The notes beneath the pieces were generated by a model. It saw nothing but the letters and a program-made list of their open reading frames with translations. It did no database searches and was not told the DNA's origin. From assembly GCA_051892935.1 (NCBI GenBank), contig JBJFGS010000038.1, forward strand, positions 32,001-96,000: a stretch of DNA of 64,000 nt. The letters run 5' to 3'. Source of the DNA: Candidatus Coprovivens sp. GTDB lineage: Bacteria; Bacillota_I; Bacilli_A; RF39; UBA660. Below are positions 46,801 to 57,397 of this stretch, one piece after another; the first letter of the stretch is position 1; each line of letters starts with the position of its first letter. The position numbers were made by a program, and so were the translations under genes.

Positions 46801-47808
46801 GTGATAATAATGATAATAAGAATAATAGTTTTAATAATTCTTGTTGGTATAAACGGAATACTATCCGCTAGCGAAATAGCTTATATATCTTTAGACAAAT
46901 ATAGTATTTCTAGAAAAAAAGATAAAAAATCAAAAAAAATTACAAACATGTTAGAAAATGAAAATAAGTTTTTATCAACCATTCAAATAGGTATTACATT
47001 TGCTGGATTTCTCGCTTCAGCATTTGCGGCAGATTCATTTACAGATTTATTAATAGATTATGGTTTCTTTTTAATAAATGATGCTTTTACAGAAAACTTC
47101 TTAATGATAATTATAACATTAATACTATCATATTTTACGTTAATTTTCGGTGAACTCGTACCTAAAAAAATTGGTTTAGCTTATCCATATAAACTAGCAA
47201 CGATAACTATAGATTTTATTAGTGCTATTTCCATAATTGCAAATCCACTAATAATACTGCTAACAAAATCAACAGAAATAATATGCAAATTATTAAAAAT
47301 AAAAGAAAGAGATGATTCTCTAACAGAAAATGATATAAAAAAAATGATTATTACAGGAAGTCGTGAAGGTATTCTTGAAGAAAAAGAGAAAGAATATATT
47401 CTAAATATATTTAAGTTTAACGATAAAACAGCCAACAAAATAATGACACCAAAAAATCAAGTAGTAACTTTAGATACAAATGATACAATGCAAGAACTAA
47501 TAAGAAAAATAAAATCTTCAAATTATACAAGATTTCCAGTCTTAAATAACAATAAAGTAATTGGTTTTATAAACATCAAAGATTTCATTTATTTACATCA
47601 AACTCAAAAAAAAGTTTCGTTAAATGAATTAATAAGACCAGTACTAAAATTCAATAAAAATGAAAAAATTGATGATATATTTCGAATCATGCAAGAAAAA
47701 CACGAAACTTTTTCAATTATATTAGATAAGAATGAATTTATAGGAATCCTTACAATGGAAGATGCAATTGAAGAAATTGTAGGTAATATTGAAGATGAAT
47801 ACAATTAA
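46801..47808 (+). CDS. CNNM/DUF21 + CBS-pair protein (HlyC/CorB family)
   Basis: SASEIA, FLSTIQIGIT, FGELVPKKIG, IMTP, YTRFPV, GILTMEDAIEEIVGNIEDEY. Confidence 0.92.
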   Translation: MIIMIIRIIVLIILVGINGILSASEIAYISLDKYSISRKKDKKSKKITNMLENENKFLSTIQIGITFAGFLASAFAADSFTDLLIDYGFFLINDAFTENFLMIIITLILSYFTLIFGELVPKKIGLAYPYKLATITIDFISAISIIANPLIILLTKSTEIICKLLKIKERDDSLTENDIKKMIITGSREGILEEKEKEYILNIFKFNDKTANKIMTPKNQVVTLDTNDTMQELIRKIKSSNYTRFPVLNNNKVIGFINIKDFIYLHQTQKKVSLNELIRPVLKFNKNEKIDDIFRIMQEKHETFSIILDKNEFIGILTMEDAIEEIVGNIEDEYN

Positions 47809-47830
47809 AAAGACTTTATCCAAAGTCTTT

Positions 47831-48916
47831 TTAACTTATAACAATATCATCATTTTTATTAGCTATATGAAATTCGACATTATACTTTACAAAATCATTA
47901 AGTAATTTCTTAGTACTATCATCTAATCCATCAAGATTTTTTAACAAAGATAAAAACACTTTAATTCTAGTTATATCCAACAAACTATTTACTCCCGCTT
48001 TTCTAAAGCATTTAAAAACATCTTTTACTAGTTTTTCTCTCTCAACATCATCATGTTGTTCTAACCACATAACAATACTTTTATCTAAATTCTTAGATAT
48101 TCTACTTAATGGTTCATCTACAAAACTGCTATCATTAATAGCCCATGTAAATACAGAATGAGCTAAAATATCTTTTCTAATACTCTTTATCGATCTAATA
48201 TTATCAGGATGTCTTAACAATAAACCAAATAAAGAATAATTAGGAACAATATAATGTAATTTATTCTTAATACTATTAAATCCTCTAGATTTTATTTCAT
48301 TATATCTAAATCCTGGACCATCAAGATTATAAACACCTTTTATTTTTAATTTAACATACCATCGAGAAAAAGCAGCTGCAGTCATTGCTAAATGACCACC
48401 TTTTGAATGACCTACTACAATAACACTCTTATCAAATAAACTTACATTTTCATTAATATAAGATATTGCATCTTTATCAGCAGGTACAGGAAATTTATAA
48501 ATCATTGCAAAATCTTCTTCCCAACCAACTAGATTATTATCTGTTCCTTCAAATGCTATAACTTTTTCACCTGTTGGTAGTTTAAAAGTTAAAGCAGAAA
48601 ATTGTTTATCAAAAGTAACATCATAAACATAATTAGAAAGAGAAATATTACGGTATCTTATTTTATCTTTTATAATTCGTACTAATTTAATAACATCCTT
48701 TTGAACAAGACCATTTTTAATAAATTTTTTTAAATCATTTTTAGCCAAAAATAGTTCTAATGCACTTCCAAGAGGTAATACAATATTCCCATCCTTAAAA
48801 ACCAAAGTCAAATCAACATAAGCAATAGCAGATAAAACAGCAGCATCAACTTCATTAAATTTCTCTTCAAAAAAAGTTAAATCACCATTTTTCTTTACAT
48901 AATCAATTAATGTCAT
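47831..48916 (-). CDS. DUF2974 (Mbeg1-like) alpha/beta hydrolase
   Basis: FNEVD, QFSA, AFEGTD...GWEEDF, GHSKGG, DGPGF. Confidence 0.88.
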   Translation of the reverse strand: MTLIDYVKKNGDLTFFEEKFNEVDAAVLSAIAYVDLTLVFKDGNIVLPLGSALELFLAKNDLKKFIKNGLVQKDVIKLVRIIKDKIRYRNISLSNYVYDVTFDKQFSALTFKLPTGEKVIAFEGTDNNLVGWEEDFAMIYKFPVPADKDAISYINENVSLFDKSVIVVGHSKGGHLAMTAAAFSRWYVKLKIKGVYNLDGPGFRYNEIKSRGFNSIKNKLHYIVPNYSLFGLLLRHPDNIRSIKSIRKDILAHSVFTWAINDSSFVDEPLSRISKNLDKSIVMWLEQHDDVEREKLVKDVFKCFRKAGVNSLLDITRIKVFLSLLKNLDGLDDSTKKLLNDFVKYNVEFHIANKNDDIVIS

Positions 48917-48980
48917 ATAATCACCACTATTTAATTATATCAAACAAAAAAGATTAGTTCACTAATCTTTTAATTTTATC

Positions 48981-49538
48981 TTAATAAACAAAATTTATTA
49001 AATAATATCTAACAATAAATTCATCTCTATATACAGAATACTTTACATGATAAAGATTTTCGATTTCACCATTATCAACTTCTTTTTTATAATCACTCAT
49101 TATTTTTAAAGCTTCTTCTGGTGCAACCCATAAAACTTTACCAAATTCATCTAATTCTTGATTACAATAATCTATTTTACCTTTTTCTAAGACTCTACCT
49201 ACAAAAACATAAGTCTTCTGTATAATATCATCTTGTCCCATATGTTCCTCAATTACACCTAATTCTCTAATAACTTCAACATCACAGCCAAATTTCCTTT
49301 TTATTTCTCTTAAAAAAGCAATTTCTGGTTTATCTCCTTCTGCAATTGCCCCACCAGGCAAACTATAATCATTCTCAACCCTCTTATTAAATAAGGCAAC
49401 TGAACCACTCTTATCAATTATAATACCTTTTACTATTTTTCTTAACTTAGTATCTTTACTTTCTAATACATCAATTCCAAAATCAGAATCTCTAAATACC
49501 TTAATAACATCATTCTCCAAGACAATCAACTCCTTCAA
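48981..49538 (-). CDS. NUDIX hydrolase (degenerate box)
   Basis: LPGGAIAEGDKPEIAFLREIKRKFG. Confidence 0.7.
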   Translation of the reverse strand: MKELIVLENDVIKVFRDSDFGIDVLESKDTKLRKIVKGIIIDKSGSVALFNKRVENDYSLPGGAIAEGDKPEIAFLREIKRKFGCDVEVIRELGVIEEHMGQDDIIQKTYVFVGRVLEKGKIDYCNQELDEFGKVLWVAPEEALKIMSDYKKEVDNGEIENLYHVKYSVYRDEFIVRYYLINFVY

Positions 49539-49657
49539 TGTTTATATATTAAATTTCAAATTACTATAAGTCAAAGACTAATTTTTGATACCATACATAA
49601 ATACCTTTTATAACATATATAATATCATATAAAAGAAAAAACCACAAAAAACAAGAC

Positions 49658-50131
49658 TTAATTTAAGTCTTGTACTTCATCTAAGTTATATCCTAACTTT
49701 TCTAACTCTAAAATTGCTATATTTGACAACATACTTTTATTTAATTTAGAAATCTCATAAAAATCTGCTCCTAATGAATCATCATTAACTTCATCAACAT
49801 TAACATCATTCTTAATTTCATTTTTATAATCAAATACCTTATAAAAAATTCCTGTATGATGAACTTTAACTAAAACATCTTCTTTAAACTGCCACTCAAA
49901 AGATACAGAATCAGCATCAAACAAATCATAAGAAATAACATCTATTCCAACTTCTTCTTTAAGCTCCCTAACTAAAGCTTCATTAGGCCTTTCACAAAAT
50001 TCTATTGTTCCACCAGGTAAATCAAGTTTACCATCATATGGACCACCGAACTTTTTAATTAATAAGATTTTATCGTTATCTAAAACCAAACCATAAGCTC
50101 CCAATTGTTTATATTCTTTCATAATAAACAC
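49658..50131 (-). CDS. NUDIX hydrolase
   Basis: GPYDGKLDLPGGTIEFCERPNEALVRELKEEVG. Confidence 0.9.
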   Translation of the reverse strand: MFIMKEYKQLGAYGLVLDNDKILLIKKFGGPYDGKLDLPGGTIEFCERPNEALVRELKEEVGIDVISYDLFDADSVSFEWQFKEDVLVKVHHTGIFYKVFDYKNEIKNDVNVDEVNDDSLGADFYEISKLNKSMLSNIAILELEKLGYNLDEVQDLN

Positions 50132-50174
50132 TCTCTTTCTAACTTATTGTAACATAAAATATCATTAATTATCT

Positions 50175-51137
50175 TTATTTTGTTAATTCTTTCATTCTAA
50201 CATCAAGATTTTTATACATCCAATCAAATCTTCCATATTGTTTCAACTTACAATCAACAATCATTTTTAAAATAACATACATTCTATATATTTCAATTCT
50301 AATTTTTTCATCATAAGAAAGTGTTTTACCATAACCATCCAAAAAATATTCACTAGTAATACCATCTATTGTATGAAAATAAAATGTTAATATCTCATCG
50401 CAAAAATATACATCAGCAAAATCAACAATACCTGTTACTTTACCATTTTTTACTAAAACATTACCATCCCATATATCTGTATGTGTCAAAGAAACACCCT
50501 CTATATTATTTAAAGATTCTTTCTTAGAATGAATAATACCAAGTATAGTTGAATAAACTTCATCACTTAAGTCTACTCCATATGTTATAGCATCATTTAG
50601 TAATAGTTGAAACATATTTAAAACAAATTCATAATTATCTTTAAATTTCTTATTTGGCTGACTTGGAAAGAAAAAATTATCTCCTTTTATATTAGTAATT
50701 TTTTTACTTAAAACACCTAATTCATGCTCAATATTAGAAATTTCCTCTTTACTTAATACCCCTTTTTCTTTTTCTTCCAAATAATTTCTTCCATCAACAT
50801 ATGACATAAAGATATATGAAGAATCACATATTAAATGAGTATCATCATAAGCTAATAATCTTGGTGCAGGGAAATTCATTTTCTCCATTTTTTCTAACAT
50901 TTTTGCTTCCCACCAAAATATTCCCCTATCAGCTGAAATCATTTTCGTTTCATCTACTGGCGAAATCTTTAAAACGATTTTTTCATCACCATTTTCCAAT
51001 AAATAAACTGCATTTTTTAATCCACCACTTAGCTTTTTTATCATTAAATTAGTTGAATCTTTTTTAAAATGAAATTCATACATTTCTTTTATCTTAGATA
51101 GACTTTGATAATTCTTTGAAGAACCTTCTTTACTCAT
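50175..51137 (-). CDS. APH/choline-kinase family phosphotransferase
   Basis: LSGGLKNAVY, VLKI, HTDIWDGNVLV, GIVDF. Confidence 0.88.
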   Translation of the reverse strand: MSKEGSSKNYQSLSKIKEMYEFHFKKDSTNLMIKKLSGGLKNAVYLLENGDEKIVLKISPVDETKMISADRGIFWWEAKMLEKMEKMNFPAPRLLAYDDTHLICDSSYIFMSYVDGRNYLEEKEKGVLSKEEISNIEHELGVLSKKITNIKGDNFFFPSQPNKKFKDNYEFVLNMFQLLLNDAITYGVDLSDEVYSTILGIIHSKKESLNNIEGVSLTHTDIWDGNVLVKNGKVTGIVDFADVYFCDEILTFYFHTIDGITSEYFLDGYGKTLSYDEKIRIEIYRMYVILKMIVDCKLKQYGRFDWMYKNLDVRMKELTK

Positions 51138-53082
51138 TACTACTACCTCTATATTCTTTTACATATTTCTTACATATATCTTCAGTAAATTCATGTTCAT
51201 CATCATCTACTGTTAAATGAAATATATTATCATATGCATAATCTCTTATTTTAGTCTTAAATGTTTTTCTAATTAAAGTCTTTAATTTAGCAATTTCTTC
51301 AAACATAAATCCCTTAGTTTTATTAAAATATATATAATTAGATACCCTTACTATCATATTTAATATCATTATAGTATTAGAATCATATTTATCTATCAAA
51401 GAACCTGCCTTAAGAACTGGAATACCCTCAAACTCATGATTATATAAATATATTTCATTTATAAAACTTCTATATTGTTCTCCTAAATCAACAGAATACA
51501 CATCTGTTACTTTGGCATATTCCTTAATAACCGACAACGCCTCTTCCATCAATTCTTGATTCAAAGAATTCCACAATATTCCAACACATGGAATATCAAT
51601 AGAAGGCATTGCACCTTTATCAAGGACATTAGCATCTAAAAGCTCATTAATAATTTCCAATACCTCACTTAATTTTCTAAACTTCCCAACATCTTTTGCA
51701 TGTAATAACAAATTAATAATATCATTAACTACAGATTGTATTTCTTCCTTATACTCATCTTGTTCTAATACCCCATTTTTATAATCTCTCATAAAATTTC
51801 TAAGTATATGAACCAAACTATTATAAAGAATTCTTTCAGCAGCATCTCTATATTCTTCTCCTCTAGATAAAACCTCATTATAAGCTTGATACCCCCAATC
51901 CTTAAGTGTAAATAATCTTTCTGATATTTTATCACTAGTTAATGAAGAAGATTTTCTCTTAACATAATGATAAAAAGGTTGAGGAACTAAAGCAAATTTT
52001 TTACCAGCCATACAAAGCCTATATATATAGTCTGCATCTTCTTTAAAACATCCTTTATCAAATTGCATATCTAAAATAGATGATTTACGATATATTTTAT
52101 CCCATGCTGGAATAAGTATAGTTGCATCAGAATAAGCGTTTATCAAATCAAGTTGTCCAGAAACAATTGTAACTCCTTTTTGTTCACAAGTAACATCCTT
52201 TACAGAACCATTCTTCATATGAATAAAAAAGCTACATTCACAAACATCTGCATTAGATTTTTGTATATTTTTAAGCAATGTTTCAATCATCGAATTTTCA
52301 ATATAATCATCAGAATCTATAAAACAAATATATTCTCCTGACGACTGCTCAATTCCAACATTTCTTGCTGCTGCTAAACCTTTATTATTTTGATTAATAA
52401 CTCTTATTCTTTTATCTTGCCTAGCAATTAATTCACACATTCTTTTTGATTCATCTGTTGATCCATCATTAATTATTAGTATTTCAATATTTTGATAAGT
52501 TTGATTTTTAATACTATTAATACATCTAGATAAATACTCTAATGTATTAAAAACAGGTATTACAACAGTCACTTTATCTTTTCCAAAAATATTATAATCT
52601 ATAAACTCTGTTAAATCTTTCTCCCAATCACTTGCTAAATCAATTGTAAAATGATAATTAGAAGAAAGATAAATACCATCCATACTATTAGCACGATGTT
52701 TAATCATCAAACCAATATCATCATCAGTATTAGAAACAACATCTCCGGTAACTTTTAAAACCACATCAACATTATCAAACATATATGTATCTTCAAGTAA
52801 CGAATAATCTATAACAACAGTTTCATCTTCAGCTATTTTAGATAATCTCTTTTTTAATTTAGCTTCTAATTCATTTTTAACTTCAATAAGTAACGTTGGA
52901 TCTTTTTTCCAATCGCCACTATTAATTTTCTTCATATATTTATGTTTCTTTATAATTTCCTTAAACATACTATCTACATCAATATAAGAAAAAGAATAAT
53001 TATTTTCAAAAAATGTAGATAGTTTTTGTTTGCCAAGTTCACTATTACCAGTAATTCCAATCTTCATAAACATTTCCCCCAA
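51130..53082 (-). CDS. Multidomain protein: CoaE-like P-loop domain + GT2 glycosyltransferase + NDK-like C-terminal domain
   Basis: KIGITG...GK...YIDVD; VVIPVFN, INDGSTD, NKGLAAARN, FIDSDD; C-terminal IRK...DNIFHLTVD. Confidence 0.8.
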   Translation of the reverse strand: MGEMFMKIGITGNSELGKQKLSTFFENNYSFSYIDVDSMFKEIIKKHKYMKKINSGDWKKDPTLLIEVKNELEAKLKKRLSKIAEDETVVIDYSLLEDTYMFDNVDVVLKVTGDVVSNTDDDIGLMIKHRANSMDGIYLSSNYHFTIDLASDWEKDLTEFIDYNIFGKDKVTVVIPVFNTLEYLSRCINSIKNQTYQNIEILIINDGSTDESKRMCELIARQDKRIRVINQNNKGLAAARNVGIEQSSGEYICFIDSDDYIENSMIETLLKNIQKSNADVCECSFFIHMKNGSVKDVTCEQKGVTIVSGQLDLINAYSDATILIPAWDKIYRKSSILDMQFDKGCFKEDADYIYRLCMAGKKFALVPQPFYHYVKRKSSSLTSDKISERLFTLKDWGYQAYNEVLSRGEEYRDAAERILYNSLVHILRNFMRDYKNGVLEQDEYKEEIQSVVNDIINLLLHAKDVGKFRKLSEVLEIINELLDANVLDKGAMPSIDIPCVGILWNSLNQELMEEALSVIKEYAKVTDVYSVDLGEQYRSFINEIYLYNHEFEGIPVLKAGSLIDKYDSNTIMILNMIVRVSNYIYFNKTKGFMFEEIAKLKTLIRKTFKTKIRDYAYDNIFHLTVDDDEHEFTEDICKKYVKEYRGSSNE

Positions 53083-53100
53083 AGATTAATTAATATTTTT

Positions 53101-54003
53101 TTAAAAATCATTACTTTTACTTGTTGTCATAAATTCAATAAATTTCTTTAAAGCAGTTGTTAAAAAATCATCTACATAAACAGCACAAACATCAACAACT
53201 GGAAGAGAATCATCAAATGTTACCATTTCAAATTCATCTTTATCTAATTGCATTTCAATAACATTTTTTACAAAATAACCAACACCAACACCACGTCTAA
53301 CCATCTCAATCATCATTTCAGTTGTCCAGCTTTCAAATACAGGATATAACTGAATATTCATAGATTCCATAAATTCATTTAACTTACCTCGTATTGAAGA
53401 AGTAGCACTTGGTAATACTAGTGGAAATTGTTTTAAATCATCAAATTTATCAAGTTTAATATCTGAAAAATACTTTTTACTATAAGCAAAGCAATTATGT
53501 AATTTAGACAAAGTAATTTTCTTAACATTTTTTTTCGTAGTTATAATAGGTAAAGTACCAATTATCAAATCAATTTTTCTTGTTTCCAACATCTCTACCA
53601 TATCAGTAGTAGGCTTACATATTATTTCAAATCTTATACCAGGATACAACTTCCTAAAATCAGCAATAAAAGAAGCCAAATAAAAGACTCCAATTTGTGA
53701 TGGTGTTCCAATTTTAATACACCCTATATTAAGACTATTTAAATTTCTAATATGTTCTTCTCCAGATTTCATAATATTAAATGCTGTCGAAACATAAGAA
53801 TATAACTCTTTAGCTTCCATTGTTGGTTCTATACCTTTAGAATTTCTATAAAATAAAGTATACCCCAACTGATTTTCTAATTCCTTCAAACTATAACTAA
53901 TTGCTGGTTGTGACACATAAAGTAAACTAGCAGTTTTAGAAATACTTTTTTGTTCATATAAGTATAAAAATATTTTGTATAAATTATAATCTGTATTATC
54001 CAC
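53101..54003 (-). CDS. LysR family transcriptional regulator
   Basis: SISKTASLLYVSQPAISYSLKELENQLGYTLFYR. Confidence 0.95.
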   Translation of the reverse strand: MDNTDYNLYKIFLYLYEQKSISKTASLLYVSQPAISYSLKELENQLGYTLFYRNSKGIEPTMEAKELYSYVSTAFNIMKSGEEHIRNLNSLNIGCIKIGTPSQIGVFYLASFIADFRKLYPGIRFEIICKPTTDMVEMLETRKIDLIIGTLPIITTKKNVKKITLSKLHNCFAYSKKYFSDIKLDKFDDLKQFPLVLPSATSSIRGKLNEFMESMNIQLYPVFESWTTEMMIEMVRRGVGVGYFVKNVIEMQLDKDEFEMVTFDDSLPVVDVCAVYVDDFLTTALKKFIEFMTTSKSNDF

Positions 54004-54114
54004 GAATATCCCCCCATGCCGTGTATTATATTGTTTTTTTATTAATAAGTCAAATAATATAAGAGTATTTTATAACACTTTTATCAAAAAAACCAACAAT
54101 CAGTTGGTTTTAAC

Positions 54115-55263
54115 TTAAAACAAGTTTTTCTTTCTCTTTTCTAAGGTTGCATCCATATCTTCTTTAGCTTGTAACACATTAGGATTATCACTAACTAAAG
54201 ATGCATTTTCTAACATAATATTAAATCTTTCAATCATAATTTTTTCTAAACTATGATCCGAATCACTTCTATAATCATAATCATCTTCATAGTCTTCTAA
54301 ATTAATAGAATTATCTCTATGAACTCTCCAAGCTTCATTTAAGCAATAACTAATATTATAATTTCTTATTTTATTAACAGCTACTTCCCAATACTTTATC
54401 TTACCACTTTGAATATCTTTCATACATCTATCCAATATTATTTCAATAAATTCTTCAAACTGCTTATATTCCTCTTCAGATAAAGATAAATCATCTATTT
54501 GCATTCCGTTTTGTTTAAAGAATTCAATGTAATCATTTGGAAATGTTCTAAGAATCCATTTCTCAAATCTTTGAAAATCAGGTACCATTTTTCTTATTGC
54601 TTTAAATATTCTTAATCTCATCATATTAGCTAACATATAAGATTGCTCTTTTTCTTCTTGAGTTGAATTTTTACCATACTGGCTCAGTTGAGAAGAATAT
54701 GAAGGAATAAAAGCGTTCTTTACTAATCTATCTATCTCATCCAAAGAATTAACATCAACATTTTTTTCATCATAACCTAGTAAATCTATAATAGTAAAGC
54801 CTTCATTAACATCATAAAAGAAATTTTTATACTTTAACTCCAATCCCATATTATGCATCATCATTAAATCACTAACCCAGTTTTCATAATGAATATCCGG
54901 TGCTTCTAATAATTCTTTTTGTCTAGCTAAATGCCTAATAGGTTCTAATTTACCAATATCTGCATAATAAGAAAAGCATTTTCCAGGAGCTCTCTGTTGC
55001 AAAACATAACAAATATTATCATTACCTTCAACTACTCTTTTTATAGCTAGATGCTTTGGTGTTCTTACTCCTTTTTCGTTTAATCTATTTGCTGCTTCTG
55101 CTGTTTGTTCCTCGTTAGGTCTAGCAATACCATATTTAACAGGAATACTATATTTAACTAGTACAACATCTTCAAAATGATAAGCAGCACTCCCACCATC
55201 ACTAGTATTATTCATATTTCTAGATTGCTCAATATAATAATCAATGTTTTCCATCACTTGCAC
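54115..55263 (-). CDS. Protein-kinase-like-fold protein
   Basis: DGGSAAY, VLVK, YVLQQRAPG, H..GLE...KNFFYD...FTIIDL. Confidence 0.55.
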   Translation of the reverse strand: MQVMENIDYYIEQSRNMNNTSDGGSAAYHFEDVVLVKYSIPVKYGIARPNEEQTAEAANRLNEKGVRTPKHLAIKRVVEGNDNICYVLQQRAPGKCFSYYADIGKLEPIRHLARQKELLEAPDIHYENWVSDLMMMHNMGLELKYKNFFYDVNEGFTIIDLLGYDEKNVDVNSLDEIDRLVKNAFIPSYSSQLSQYGKNSTQEEKEQSYMLANMMRLRIFKAIRKMVPDFQRFEKWILRTFPNDYIEFFKQNGMQIDDLSLSEEEYKQFEEFIEIILDRCMKDIQSGKIKYWEVAVNKIRNYNISYCLNEAWRVHRDNSINLEDYEDDYDYRSDSDHSLEKIMIERFNIMLENASLVSDNPNVLQAKEDMDATLEKRKKNLF

Positions 55264-55633
55264 CTTCCTTATTATTTCTAATTATCCATTCCATTATCAA
55301 ATAAACAATATAATTAATCTCATTTTCAGTTAGTTCCCTACCCTTAGGAATCTTATGCCACTTTTCTAAACATCCTCTACAACACGTGGCAGTTGCATGC
55401 TGTGCAATAAATACTGGATGATTCTTCATTGGTGTTTGTGATCCATCATTAATAGGAAAAGCAGGAGCTAACTTAATTCTTATAAAATCATAAGCATGAT
55501 CCTTAATCTTTTCCATACCATTTTTACTAATATAATCTTTTTCCTTTTTTCTTAAATAAAAACTACTTCTAAATTTACTTTTACTTAAACTATCCAATTT
55601 AGCACATACAATTTTTTTAGCAGATTCATTCAT
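55241..55633 (-). CDS. DUF4186 family protein
   Basis: SKFRSSF, NDGSQTPM, HPVFIAQHATATCCRGCLEKWH. Confidence 0.9.
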   Translation of the reverse strand: MNESAKKIVCAKLDSLSKSKFRSSFYLRKKEKDYISKNGMEKIKDHAYDFIRIKLAPAFPINDGSQTPMKNHPVFIAQHATATCCRGCLEKWHKIPKGRELTENEINYIVYLIMEWIIRNNKEGASDGKH

Positions 55634-56039
55634 CTTTAACCCCTAAATCTTCAGAAAATCTAAGTAAATAACCATCTGGATCTTGTACTAAGAATTCTTT
55701 ATTCCCTAAATATTTATCATTCTGACGGTACCAATTTTCTTCTAACTCAATCATTATCTTATATCCATTATCAACTAACGAGTTATAAATATTATCTACA
55801 TTATCTACTTCAAGTTGAAAATTAATTCCTCTACCAAACGGATATTCTAACTTACCAGTCTCCCATTTATTAATATCTTTTAATTCACAAAACATAAATT
55901 GTATTTCTCCTAAAGACATAAATACAAATTTACTTTCATTTCTTTCATACTCAATCTTAAAACCACAAGTTTCATAAAATTTAATTGTCTTATCTAAATT
56001 AGTAACATCCAATTCGGGTATCGTCTTATTAAAATACAT
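55626..56039 (-). CDS. VOC/glyoxalase-bleomycin-resistance family protein
   Basis: PELDV, YPFGRGINFQ, EFLVQDPDGYLLRF. Confidence 0.9.
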   Translation of the reverse strand: MYFNKTIPELDVTNLDKTIKFYETCGFKIEYERNESKFVFMSLGEIQFMFCELKDINKWETGKLEYPFGRGINFQLEVDNVDNIYNSLVDNGYKIMIELEENWYRQNDKYLGNKEFLVQDPDGYLLRFSEDLGVKDE

Positions 56040-56040
56040 C

Positions 56041-56406
56041 TTATAATTCCTTTTTCCACAACCCATGTAAATTACAATAAGAATATATTACCATTCCCTC
56101 TTCATAATCAAAAACAGCTTCTGGTACTTCACCGGGTTTAAAATTATACTTAAGTACTGAATCATCATAAACAGCTTCAACCCATTCGATATAATGCTCA
56201 TCAGTCATAGGATGATCAACCTCTCCTATTTTTACATATACTACATCATCTTCTATATCAGTAAAAGGAACATGCTTTTCTAAAGAAGCATCAACAGTAT
56301 TAGGAACAAGTTCAATCATATCTTGACCACAACAAGTAATAATACCTTTATTATCTCTTACAACTTCAACTATATTTCCACATTTTTCACATTTTAAATA
56401 TTTCAT
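56041..56406 (-). CDS. dfx: Desulfoferrodoxin (superoxide reductase)
   Basis: CEKCGN...CCG, EKHVP, HPM..EHYIEW, YCNLHGLW. Confidence 0.95.
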   Translation of the reverse strand: MKYLKCEKCGNIVEVVRDNKGIITCCGQDMIELVPNTVDASLEKHVPFTDIEDDVVYVKIGEVDHPMTDEHYIEWVEAVYDDSVLKYNFKPGEVPEAVFDYEEGMVIYSYCNLHGLWKKEL

Positions 56407-56452
56407 AATTATTCCTCCTACAATTAATTTTACCACATATAAAAAGATACAA

Positions 56453-57355
56453 TTACTTTTTTGTATCCCTTTTTACAAAATCTTTCTTATTTATATCAAT
56501 TGGATTAACATGAATAACTGTTAAATATATTTCTGGAACTTTTTCTCCTATTTCTTTCTCTAAATGATTAGCAATTTCATGACTATCAAAAGTACTCAAA
56601 TTACCATCAACAAATATAGAAAAACTAACCTGAAATCTATATCCTACAGGAGTTGCATTAAAATGTTGAATTTTATATACCTCACTATGTTCATCAACTA
56701 TTTTCAAAACTTTATCTTTTGTTTCTTTGCTAATTGATTTATCCATTAACACATCATAACTCTCTTGAAAAATTTTAAAACCAGTATAAATAATCCATAA
56801 AGATATTCCAATACCAACAATTCCATCTAACAAATAAAAACCATACAAAGAAGCAAAAGCAGCAATCAAATTGAAAGCAGTTATAACAACATCATTTCGA
56901 TGGTCTTTACTATTAGCATCAACTAATAAATTATTATATTTTTTTCCAATACTATGTGTATATATAAATAAAATAAACTTAGTACCAATAGTAATCAAAC
57001 ATACTATAACTAACCAAATAGTAAAATGATAATCATTTGGATTAAGTATTGCTTTAAACGAATCAATTAATAAAGTTAAACCTAATATCATCATAGTAAT
57101 ACTTATTAACATTGAATAAATATACTCAGCTTTACCATGTCCCAAATTATGATCATCATCTGCTTCTTTAGAAGCAATTCTATTACCAACATAAGTCATA
57201 ATAGAATTCAAAATATCAGAAGCACTATTCATAGCATCAGCTATCATAGCTTGACTTTTTGAAATAATACCTACAATTATTTTAATAATAAATAAAAAAA
57301 TATTTCCTACCATTCCCCATATACTAGCTCTATTTGCCGCTTTAAATCTATCCAT
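56453..57355 (-). CDS. Cation diffusion facilitator (CDF) transporter
   Basis: S.AMIADA.NS.SD, HNLGHGKAE, DHRND, IHVNP. Confidence 0.93.
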   Translation of the reverse strand: MDRFKAANRASIWGMVGNIFLFIIKIIVGIISKSQAMIADAMNSASDILNSIMTYVGNRIASKEADDDHNLGHGKAEYIYSMLISITMMILGLTLLIDSFKAILNPNDYHFTIWLVIVCLITIGTKFILFIYTHSIGKKYNNLLVDANSKDHRNDVVITAFNLIAAFASLYGFYLLDGIVGIGISLWIIYTGFKIFQESYDVLMDKSISKETKDKVLKIVDEHSEVYKIQHFNATPVGYRFQVSFSIFVDGNLSTFDSHEIANHLEKEIGEKVPEIYLTVIHVNPIDINKKDFVKRDTKK

Positions 57356-57397
57356 AATATCACCTTAACATTTTTATGCCTATTAATTATATCACAT

